Shown piece after piece: positions 12,101 to 23,642 of a stretch of 49,515 nucleotides of DNA (positions are counted from its first letter, which is position 1; every line of letters starts with the position of its first letter). Both the position numbers and the translations under genes were made by a program. The stretch is from Nemertoderma westbladi (Eukaryota > Animalia > Xenacoelomorpha): assembly GCA_032718475.1 (NCBI GenBank), contig JAUCBJ010001308.1, forward strand, positions 1 to 49,515, in the 5' to 3' direction. Below the pieces are notes generated by a model. It was not told where the DNA came from. It saw nothing but the letters and a program-made list of their open reading frames with translations, and searched no databases.

Positions 12101-15100
12101 ACACTGTGTAACTAACTAACTAACACCAATACACTAGTTGTGTAACTAACTAACACCTACACCAATACACTAGTTGTGTAACTAACTAACTAACTAACAC
12201 CTACACCAATACACTAGTTGTGTAACTAACTAACTAACACCAACACCAATACACTAGTTGTGTAACTAACTAACTAACACCTACACCAATACACTAGTTG
12301 TGTAACTAACTAACTAACTAACACCTACACCAATACACTAGTTGTGTAACCAACTAACTAACACCAACACCAATACACTAGTTGTGTAACTAACTAACTA
12401 ACTAACACCAACACCAATACACTAGTTGTGTAACTAACTAACACCTACACCAATACACTAGTTGTTTAACTAACTAACTAACTAACACCAACACCAATAC
12501 ACTAGTTGTGTAACTAACTAACTAACTAACACCAATACACTATTTGTGTAACTAACTAACTAACACCAACACCAATACACTAGTTGTGTAACTAACTAAC
12601 ACCTACACCAATACACTAGTTGTGTAACTAACTAACTAACTAACTAACTAACACCTACACCAATACACTAGTTGTGTAACCAACTAACTAACACCAACAC
12701 CAATACACTAGTTGTGTAACTAACTAACTAACACCAACACCAATACACTAGTTGTGTAACTAACTAACTAACACCAACACCAATACACTGTGTAACTAAC
12801 TAACACCAACACCAATACACTAGTTGTGTAACTAACTAACTAACACCAATACACTAGTTGTGTAACAAACTAACTAACACCAACACCAATACACTAGTTG
12901 TGTAACTAACTAACTAACACCAACACCAATACACTAGTTGTGTAACTAACTAACTAACCAACACCAATACACTAGTTGTGTAACTAACTAACTAACACCA
13001 ACACCAATACACTAGTTGTGTAACTAACTAACTAACACCAATACACTAGTTGTGTAACTAACTAACACCTACACCAATACACTAGTTGTGTAACTAACTA
13101 ACTAACTAACACCTACACCAATACACTAGTTGTGTAACTAACTAACTAACACCAACACCAATACACTAGTTGTGTAACTAACTAACTAACACCTACACCA
13201 ATACACTAGTTGTGTAACTAACTAACTAACTAACACCTACACCAATACACTAGTTGTGTAACCAACTAACTAACACCAACACCAATACACTAGTTGTGTA
13301 ACTAACTAACTAACTAACACCAACACCAATACACTAGTTGTGTAACTAACTAACACCTACACCAATACACTAGTTGTTTAACTAACTAACTAACTAACAC
13401 CAACACCAATACACTAGTTGTGTAACTAACTAACTAACTAACACCAATACACTATTTGTGTAACTAACTAACTAACACCAACACCAATACACTAGTTGTG
13501 TAACTAACTAACACCTACACCAATACACTAGTTGTGTAACTAACTAACTAACTAACTAACTAACACCTACACCAATACACTAGTTGTGTAACCAACTAAC
13601 TAACACCAACACCAATACACTAGTTGTGTAACTAACTAACTAACACCAACACCAATACACTAGTTGTGTAACTAACTAACTAACACCAACACCAATACAC
13701 TGTGTAACTAACTAACACCAACACCAATACACTAGTTGTGTAACTAACTAACTAACACCAATACACTAGTTGTGTAACAAACTAACTAACACCAACACCA
13801 ATACACTAGTTGTGTAACTAACTAACTAACACCAACACCAATACACTAGTTGTGTAACTAACTAACTAACACCAACACCAATACACTAGTTGTGTAACTA
13901 ACTAACTAACACCAACACCAATACACTAGTTGTGTAACTAACTAACCAACACCAATACACTAGTTGTGTAACTAACTAACTAATACCAACACCAATACAC
14001 TAGTTGTGTAACTAACTAACTAACACCAACACCAATACACTAGTTGTGTAACTAACTAACTAACACCAACACCAATACACTAGTTGTGTAACTAACTAAC
14101 TAACACCAACACCAATACACTAGTTGTGTAACTAACTAACTAACACCAACACCAATACACTAGTTGTGTAACTAACTAACTAACACCAATACACTAGTTG
14201 TGTAACTAACTAACCAACACCAATACACTAGTTGTGTAACTAACTAACACCAACACCAATACACTAGTTGTATAACTAACTAACTAACACCAACACCAAT
14301 ACACTAGTTGTGTAACTAACTAACACCAACACCAATACACTAGTTGTATAACTAACTAACTAACACCAACACCAATACACTAGTTGTGTAACTAACTAAC
14401 TAACACCAACACCAATACACTAGTTGTGTAACTAACTAACTAATACCAACACCAATACACTAGTTGTATAACTAACTAACTAATACCAACACCAATACAC
14501 TAGTTGTGTAACTAACTAACTAACACCAACACCAATACACTAGTTGTGTAACTAACTAACTAACACCAACACCAATACACTAGTTGTGTAACTAACTAAC
14601 CAACACCAATACACTAGTTGTGTAACTAACTAACTAATACCAACACCAATACACTAGTTGTGTAACTAACTAACTAACACCAACACCAATACACTAGTTG
14701 TGTAACTAACTAACACCAACACCAATACACTAGTTGTGTAACTAACTAACTAACACCAACACCAATTCACTAGTTGTGTAACAAACTAACTAACACCAAC
14801 ACCAATACACTAGTTGTGTAACTAACTAACTAACACCAACACCAATACACTAGTTGTGTAACTAACTAACTAACACCAACACCAATACACTAGTTGTGTA
14901 ACTAACTAACTAACACCAACACCAATACACTAGTTGTGTAACTAACTAACCAACACCAATACACTAGTTGTGTAACTAACTAACTAATACCAACACCAAT
15001 ACACTAGTTGTGTAACTAACTAACCAACACCAACACCAATACACTAGTTGTGTAACTAACTAACACCAACACCAATACACTAGTTGTGTAACTAACTAAC

Positions 15101-17920
15101 TAACACCTACACCAATACACTAGTTGTGTAACCAACTAACACCAACACCAATACACTAGTTGTGTAACTAACTAACTAACACCAACACCAATACACTAGT
15201 TGTGTAAATAACTAACTAACACCAACACCAATACACTAGTTGTGTAACTAACTAACACCAACACCAATACACTAGTTGTGTAACTAACTAACTAATACCA
15301 ACACCAATACACTAGTTGTGTAACTAACTAACTAACACCAACACCAATACACTAGTTGTGTAACTAACTAACTAACACCAACACCAATACACTAGTTGTG
15401 TAACTAACTAACCAACACCAATACACTAGTTGTGTAACTAACTAACTAATACCAACACCAATACACTAGTTGTGTAACTAACTAACTAACACCAACACCA
15501 ATACACTAGTTGTGTAACTAACTAACACCAACACCAATACACTAGTTGTGTAACTAACTAACTAACACCAACACCAATACACTAGTTGTGTAACAAACTA
15601 ACTAACACCAACACCAATACACTAGTTGTGTAACTAACTAACTAACACCAACACCAATACACTAGTTGTGTAACTAACTAACTAACACCAACACCAATAC
15701 ACTAGTTGTGTAACTAACTAACTAACACCAACACCAATACACTAGTTGTGTAACTAACTAACCAACACCAATACACTAGTTGTGTAACTAACTAACTAAT
15801 ACCAACACCAATACACTAGTTGTGTAACTAACTAACTAACACCAACACCAATACACTAGTTGTGTAACTAACTAACTAACACCAACACCAATACACTAGT
15901 TGTGTAACTAACTAACTAACACCAACACCAATACACTAGTTGTGTAACTAACTAACTAACACCAACACCAATACACTAGTTGTGTAACTAACTAACTAAC
16001 ACCAATACACTAGTTGTGTAACTAACTAACCAACACCAATACACTAGTTGTGTAACTAACTAACACCAACACCAATACACTAGTTGTATAACTAACTAAC
16101 GAACACCAACAGCAATACACTAGTTGTGTAACTAACTAACACCAACACCAATACACTAGTTGTATAACTAACTAACTAACACCAACACCAATACACTAGT
16201 TGTGTAACTAACTAACTAACACCAACACCAATACACTAGTTGTGTAACTAACTAACTAATACCAACACCAATACACTAGTTGTATAACTAACTAACTAAT
16301 ACCAACACCAATACACTAGTTGTGTAACTAACTAACTAACACCAACACCAATACACTAGTTGTGTAACTAACTAACTAACACCAACACCAATACACTAGT
16401 TGTGTAACTAACTAACCAACACCAATACACTAGTTGTGTAACTAACTAACTAATACCAACACCAATACACTAGTTGTGTAACTAACTAACTAACACCAAC
16501 ACCAATACACTAGTTGTGTAACTAACTAACACCAACACCAATACACTAGTTGTGTAACTAACTAACTAACACCAACACCAATACACTAGTTGTGTAACAA
16601 ACTAACTAACACCAACACCAACACCAATACACTAGTTGTGTAACTAACTAACTAACACCAACACCAATACACTAGTTGTGTAACTAACTAACTAACACCA
16701 ACACCAATACACTAGTTGTGTAACTAACACCAACACCAATACACTAGTTGTGTAACTAACTAACCAACACCAATACACTAGTTGTGTAACTAACTAACTA
16801 ATACCAACACCAATACACTAGTTGTGTAACTAACTAACCAACACCAACACCAATACACTAGTTGTGTAACTAACTAACACCAACACCAATACACTAGTTG
16901 TGTAACTAACTAACTAACACCTACACCAATACACTAGTTGTGTAACCAACTAACACCAACACCAATACACTAGTTGTGTAACTAACTAACTAACACCAAC
17001 ACCAATACACTAGTTGTGTAACTAACTAACTAACACCAACACCAATACACTAGTTGTGTAACTAACTAACTAACACCAACACCAATACACTAGTTGTGTA
17101 ACTAACTAACACCAACACCAATACACTAGTTGTGTAACTAACTAACTAATACCAACACCAATACACTAGTTGTGTAACTAACTAACTAACACCAACACCA
17201 ATACACTAGTTGTGTAACTAACTAACTAACACCAACACCAATACACTAGTTGTGTAACTAACTAACACCAACACCAATACACTAGTTGTGTAACTAACTA
17301 ACTAACACCTACACCAATACACTAGTTGTGTAACCAACTAACACCAACACCAATACACTAGTTGTGTAACTAACTAACTAACACCAACACCAATACACTA
17401 GTTGTGTAACTAACTAACTAACACCAACACCAATACACTAGTTGTGTAACTAACTAACTAACACCAACACCAATACACTAGTTGTGTAACTAACTAACTA
17501 ACACCAACACCAATACACTAGTTGTGTAATTAACTAACCAACACCAATACACTAGTTGTGTAACTAACTAACTAATACCAACACCAATACACTAGTTGTG
17601 TAACTAACTAACTAATACCAACACCAATACACTAGTTCTGTAACTAACTAACTAATACCAACACCAATACACTAGTTGTGTAACTAACTAACTAACACCA
17701 ACACCAATACTCTAGTTGTGTAACTAACTAACTAACACCAACACCAATACACTAGTTGTGTAACTAACTAACTAACACCAACACCAATACACTAGTTGTG
17801 TAACTAACTAACTAACACCAACACCAATACACTAGTTGTGTAACTAACTAACTAACACCAACACCAATACACTAGTTGTGTAACTAACTAACTAACACCA
17901 ACACCAATACACTAGTTGTG
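9193..17920. repeat. ~8.7-kb satellite array, ~40-bp unit CCAACACCAATACACTAGTTGTGTAACTAACTAACTAACA
   Basis: Over 200 tandem units. Length varies by the number of CTAA and CCAACA sub-repeats. Strongly A/C-skewed + strand. Lies in intron 3. Confidence 0.98.
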
Positions 17921-17961
17921 GCTTTACCAGCAGCTATGGTAAACATTCGGACTATTTGTTC

Positions 17962-18030
17962 TGGTGCAGGTCAGTATGGAAGAGCTATCACATGTTTTGT
18001 CAGAGGTCCCTGGTTCGAATACAGGTCCCA
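17962..18030 (+). pseudogene. Degenerate tRNA-like/SINE-head relic
   Basis: T-arm CCTGG-TTCGAAT-ACAGG with B-box GGTTCGAATAC at 18012-18022; rest of the cloverleaf is degenerate. Confidence 0.35.
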
Positions 18031-19309
18031 GCGTTAATTATTCAACAGTTTTATATCCGTACGGTTCTATTTACCTATCTTACTGTACCAGCGTTCGTTC
18101 ATTATTGTGGGGCGAGCGACGAAAATAAGCGAGCTTAGCATACATACCGGTACCACAAACTCAATCGGTGTGTGTCGTTCTGTTGCTGTCATTTTTAAAC
18201 GTTAATAACTCAGCCAAATGTTAATGAAATTTAACCAAACTTGGTACACATGTAGTCTGGCCAAAGTTTAGAAATTTTCCAAGTTGAATTTTCGTGTGGC
18301 CTTCGAGAATCTAAGATAATAGCAGTTAATTAGTTAATTAAGTTGATTAGGGTAAAAACAGCATAACTATCGGCGTAAGGTAAGGTTTAATAATTTTTAC
18401 AAATTGGTTTACCTCCACACTTAAAAATATACTACTTTTAAAACACTTATTTCCTGTTAATACCTCAGCCTTTCATTAATCTTTTGGGTTGGGGTGGTGC
18501 AGATTAAGAGCTCGTTTAAAGCGAGGGAGGGAACTTTTATCTCTTCTTTGATTTATTCTTATTGGCTGTTTGGGTAAATTTCTTATTTATTTATTTAAAT
18601 TTCTTAAGTACCGATTTTGAGATAGAATTGCTCAATTTTAATCTGTATCTGATAACTGAGCCTGGTGAGGGAGAACAATATAATAAAATTGGTATGTGGG
18701 TAAACTGTAAAGTAGAACTAACCAAAATCTACTGGAACTGAAAATTTATTTCATTTACACTGAATTGTATTTCAGTTTCCTTCCAGAAGTCCCTAAAAAC
18801 TGTGTCATTATTATTACGTGCCATTTAGTACGTTTACACAGGAGAATCAACGCAAAGGAATTCCTCTGCGCCGCCATTGGCTGCAATTGTTTATTACAGC
18901 TACAGGACGGATTATCAGCTCATCATTGGCTGCGGCTTCATAGATCATGTCCAACTATATCAATACTTATTGCACGGTTATCAAGTTATTTATATATTAA
19001 GTTGGAAAATAACTTTAATAAATTAAATAATTATAATAACTAATAAATTAAGTTGGGCAATAAATGTGTTATTACACATTATTAACAATTCTAAAAGGGT
19101 TTTGTTTGGGGGCAAGTGAAGTAAATGGGGCTTGGTATTTTGGGGGGATTAAATATATATCAATATATATTTAATCATTAAATTGTATTTGTGCATTCAG
19201 AATGATTAAATAATGCATAACTAAATACTGTATAACTATAAGTTCATACTGGTGCACGCGGGACCATTTATAGTAAACATATTAATATCAAGGGAAGTGG
19301 TTTAACCGT

Positions 19310-19375
19310 TTAATTATAGCGGAGCCTTGAACTCGGGTCTCCGACTCCAGATGACGTGGGTTCGAGTCCGGGAAT
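19310..19375 (+). pseudogene. tRNA-like relic (B-box only)
   Basis: GTGGGTTCGAGTCC at ~19356-19369; no convincing full cloverleaf. Confidence 0.25.
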
Positions 19376-19654
19376 GTGGCCAGGGAAATTTGCATTCCGG
19401 TTTCGCATAAATATCCGTTATGCCTATATATAAAGACTGTTTCCGTGTTACATTACCATAATCAATAGTTTACTGTAGTTAAAAAAAACTTTTAAAAAAA
19501 ACCAGCTTTATTATTATTATTCAATTAAAAAATCAATCTTCATTTCCATACTGCACGTCAACTTACGTATTAAACATAAAGACAGAACAGAGCACGAAAT
19601 ATGTACAGTACGGCCTACCTAGCCTGCTGTACAGACTTGTATCACTATTCGCTA

Positions 19655-20144
19655 GGGGCCGTCCAAGTATGACGTCTGCACTTTTCCCCAAAATGTTGAC
19701 CCCCTCCCTCCCCTAAATCAGATGTCATCAGATAGGCGTTGACCCCCCCCCCCCCCCCCCCCCCCTAAATCAGATTAAAAAAAAATTTGTAATAAACTTA
19801 ATAGTTTATTACAACAATTTTTTTATTTTATTTTTTTTATTATGAAGATGTTTCATTTTCAGGCGAACCCCAGTACCGCAGTACCCCAGTAGCATGCGTC
19901 CGAATCACTGAAACATGGTGACTGGTAACTGAAACAGAAGGTCGTGCTAAGGGCCTTCCGGGGCTTCGAACAATTAAAATAGGCAAGCTATTTACTCTTC
20001 TGCTATATCTCTTCTAGCACCTATAAATTAACATGCTGACGTCAGATTTTGGCTGACCCCCACCCCTCCCCTCATCAGCACGTCATCAGATTTTCCCAAC
20101 CCCCCTCCCCCCCTAAAGTGCTGACGTCATACTTGGACGGCCCC
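19655..20144. mobile_element. 490-bp PIF/Harbinger-like MITE
   Basis: 30-bp TIR GGGGCCGTCCAAGTATGACGTC(T/A)GCACTTT with one mismatch. 3-bp TSD CTA at 19652-19654 and 20145-20147. Subterminal TGACCCC..CCCT..ATCAG...GTCATCAGAT repeats at both ends. Confidence 0.85.
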
Positions 20145-20895
20145 CTACCAGTCCACAGCTTCAGAGCTTCGCAGCTTTATCCCTTTCAGTCGGACAGCAA
20201 TTATAAGTGATGAAAAAACAAAACCACACACATGTACCGGTCCTGGAAACCGCACCGGTACTAAGCCTATACCATGCCAAGCAGCTTGGTCAGCCCACTA
20301 CTGCCTGGATACATGCTGAGTACCGTACCGGTCTGGTACTTTCAATTTCAGACAATGGATAATGATACAAATATGTGTTGTGGTACCGGTCTGCTGGTAG
20401 GTTCTGACAATCTGATTTGCTAATAGAGCTTGGCCTAGGATAATAGGCAGTTGCATAGCAACGCGGGAATATCACTGTTATTTTCCCGTGGGCAAAAAAT
20501 GATATTTTTTAGGTAGCCCACTATTATAAATGATATTTATCCCGCTCATTAATGGGGAATAACACTGAGTTTTGTGCAGAAATAGATACAATAACAGGAA
20601 TACGTTTTAATCAAGTTATATATTTTCTTAATTTCGTACACCGTTGATGATTCATTGGAAAAATATGTAATAATAAGAATAGGAACGAAAATAATTAGCC
20701 GCCATCTATATAAATAAATAATTGTTGTTCTTATAAAGTCCTTTTTAAATTTAATTTACTCATTCATGAATCAATCAATTTAACATCTATAGATGTTAAA
20801 ACATAAAAATACTTAATAAATGACATAAAAAGATTCCTTATTTTAACTCCGTATTCATTCATTATACTTATTAATTTCCGATGGGTTGCTGTTAG

Positions 20896-21069
20896 ATGGA
20901 ACACTTGCGAATTGAGCAGCAACGTATGTCAATAAAACACGCGCTGAACTCCCAAACTGACAAGCAGTTCAGGGAATACGCGAGGCAGCAGTTCCCCAAC
21001 GACTCGGATAGTCAAGAGAAGCTGATTGGCGAGTTGCAGCACCAACATTACCTCGAGTATATGCAGCAG
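20896..21069 (+). CDS. ACBD3: ACBD3-like coding exon 4 (Q domain, the PI4KB-binding region in mammals)
   Basis: Acceptor GTTAG|. LRIEQQRMSIKHALNSQTDKQFREYARQQFPNDSDSQEKLIGELQHQHYLEYMQQ resembles recalled ACBD3 [55 protein letters not shown]. Donor CAG|GTGAGG. Confidence 0.92.
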
Positions 21070-21265
21070 GTGAGGTCGTGCTAATCCAATCGCATAGCTA
21101 GCCCCGTCGCGGTCGGTATCAGTTACATTAGTTACGTCTTGTATAGTTTACGTCACGCCTTGTCTGTGTACAGGGTAGAGCCGCACTGCGGGGTGTGACT
21201 GTATAATTCTTGCCCGTTTGCTGCGGATATTCGTATATTCGCTGATATAACTTTTCACATTTTAG

Positions 21266-21397
21266 GTTCAGTCTCAGTTACAAGTCGAAGTGCCAACTAA
21301 AGATATTTCCCATGAAACACAAGAGGAAACAGATGTTGATGCAGAGTGCATGACTCATTCAGAGGGTGGGAGCCATTACCGGGATTATATGCAACGG
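21266..21397 (+). CDS. ACBD3: ACBD3-like exon 5a (duplication-derived chimeric exon)
   Basis: Acceptor CTTTTCACATTTTAG|. 132 nt open: VQSQLQVEVPTKDISHETQEETDVDAECMTHSEGGSHYRDYMQR. Donor CGG|GTTAGT; phase 0/0. Confidence 0.65.
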
Positions 21398-21777
21398 GTT
21401 AGTGAGGTGGAGTTGGGTGGCCTATGAGTAACATAGAAAAATATAAAGTAAATAAAAAAATTAAACAAAAAAAAAATAGACAGTTTACAAGTCAAGAAAT
21501 ATCAGATTTTCGAAGTTCTATGTCTGTTTGTATGTCTGTATGTCCTTTTTCGAATTTTTCCCTATGCTTATATCTGTCATGTTCGTTAGTAATATATCAT
21601 CTGTGTTGGCTATCAGGAAGGGCATGTGATTACGGAGGATATGAGATGCCAATACAGTATGTTGAAGTTACAGTACAGATATTTAGTTTGAATCGGTTTA
21701 GTTTAGTTTGCATCGGTTGCGGGTATATAATTTAGAGTATCGTATGATTGTAGCTGATATAACTTTTCACATTTTAG

Positions 21778-21899
21778 GTTCAGTCTCAGTTACAAGCCGA
21801 AGTGCCAACTAAGGATATTTCCCTTGAAACCCAAGAGGAAGACACTGAGGACATGTCTCATGCAGCGGCGGAAACTCATTACAACACCCAACTACTAGC
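21778..21899 (+). CDS. ACBD3: ACBD3-like exon 5b (acidic linker)
   Basis: Same acceptor sequence as exon 5a. VQSQLQAEVPTKDISLETQEEDTEDMSHAAAETHYNTQLL. Donor GC|GTAAGT, phase 2. Confidence 0.7.
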
Positions 21900-22665
21900 G
21901 TAAGTAAATGGGTAAAATGTAATGGGAGACATGAGGATTATTATTTTGTTTAACGTTAATATAATATAACGCAGCAACGGTAATTATTTTCTATGTAAAT
22001 ATATTTTATAAAAACTAAAACGTTAAAACCCCAATGGAAAATGATGATGACTGTTAATTAATTATTATAAAACGAGAGAAAGCCGCCCCAATATTAGATT
22101 ATTACAACAACATATCCATTGGGTAAGAAAGTGGAGGAGAGCCAGCCCGACTCTTAATTTTTTACTTTATATTACGCGATCAATTTTCACTCATCTCGTC
22201 ATGAACCCAACATGTATGTAACCTTTTGTTAAATTTGTTGGCTATGCGTTTGCGGTTGTTTGGGCGGAGTGTGGTAGGCCTTTTTCACACTTAAATATTT
22301 TGGTTGTGAAATGTTACAGGGCATAGCGATCTGTGATATTTCATTTATATTTTATTATGAGAGGAAGAAGAACATACAACGTTATTTACTATGTAACAAA
22401 ATAATTGTTTTCGGGTTTAACTTGGAAGCCTCCCCAAATAGTTGATATACAATTATATTTAAAATTATTTCCATGGTCATGGTCATTCACCCGTCTTTAA
22501 TTAGAAATTTGTTTGCATGAAAGACAGTTTAGTTTAGTTTTTACTGATTATTATCTCTTATCTGACTGGGGTAATAATAAAGGATAGGATAAATGGAAGC
22601 AAAGTGTGACAGTAACAAATATTTCCCCGTCACCCTAGCATGTCTTAAGTATATGATATATCAAA

Positions 22666-22714
22666 GGGGGAAGTTTGGATTCACTGCATAAATGCAGTTC
22701 ACCAAACTTCCCCC
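22666..22714. other. 49-bp near-perfect hairpin
   Basis: GGGGGAAGTTTGG-ATTC-ACTGCAT-AA-ATGCAGT-TCA-CCAAACTTCCCCC. Confidence 0.75.
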
Positions 22715-23569
22715 GAATGCACACTGTAACTTCCCCCTTCCCCCAAATATCCACTGTTGAATTAATTTGAAGCGATATAATAAGTACAAAATTGTGCGAG
22801 TTTTTAATTGTGTGGTCCAATTGTTATTTGATTTCTATTTATTATTTAAAGTGCATTTAATATCACACTGGTTTTTAGAATATTATACTATACAATCTTA
22901 TGTTTTATTAATTTACCCAATCGAAGCCTCATAAGGGCCGGTTATTTGTACGCATATCCCCTAATGCGCTCAGTAAGGTTCAAACAACATATTAATATGA
23001 AAATAAAGTATCTGCAAAGAAAAGAACCCAATACTATATAATTTCACCTTATTAAAAAATTTGCACTTTTGCACACTTATTTGTACAAATGCACTTTAGC
23101 AGATCGTAATGGTGGCTCTTATTTAACAAACTTATGTTTATCCTCTACCGATCTACGATGGTGTATGATCAAGTGTCAGTCGCTAAAAGTGTCAAAAATC
23201 CAATTTAATAAATCTGGATTTGCGATTTTGGATCATATTCATGGACATTTTAAGTCACTTTATAGACATAAAAAGTTAAACAAATGTTACGATTATAGTT
23301 AGAAATCATTCCAAACTACATTTTAATCCAAAAAATAATATTCTACGATGTATAGAACTTGAAATAATAGTGTTTGAAATATCGAAAAAATGTTCATTAT
23401 TTAAGTGCATTTTGCACTAAGTGCACATGCGTCTTTTCCCAAGTTGTATCCTATTTCACACACTACAATCTATCCTCTATCCAATGAAAAAAGTTTCAGA
23501 TTAAACGGCCCTGTAGAACCGAAGTTATTGATGTTTAAAAATAGTCACTCGAAAATTTCAAATTCTCTT

Positions 23570-23642
23570 GGTCACATAGTCTAGTGGTTATCAATCACGT
23601 TAATGAAAGCTAAGTTCGCGGGTTCGAAATCCAATATTGACC
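23570..23642 (+). pseudogene. tRNA-like pseudogene, 73 nt
   Basis: A-box TAGTCTAGTGG and B-box GGTTCGAAATCC at tRNA spacing. GGTCA/TGACC pairing at the ends. The anticodon stem does not pair. Confidence 0.55.

Noticed and set aside
9193-17920. CRISPR-like array (conserved palindromic core with variable intervals)
   Set aside because: The intervals are only copy-number variants of CTAA/CCAACA, not unique spacers; no cas genes; spliceosomal-intron context.
9193-17920. Telomeric repeat
   Set aside because: (CTAA)n is (TTAG)n, not TTAGG or TTAGGG, and occurs only as short tracts within a 40-bp unit.
23570-23642. Functional tRNA gene
   Set aside because: Anticodon and T stems pair poorly; reported as a pseudogene or relic.
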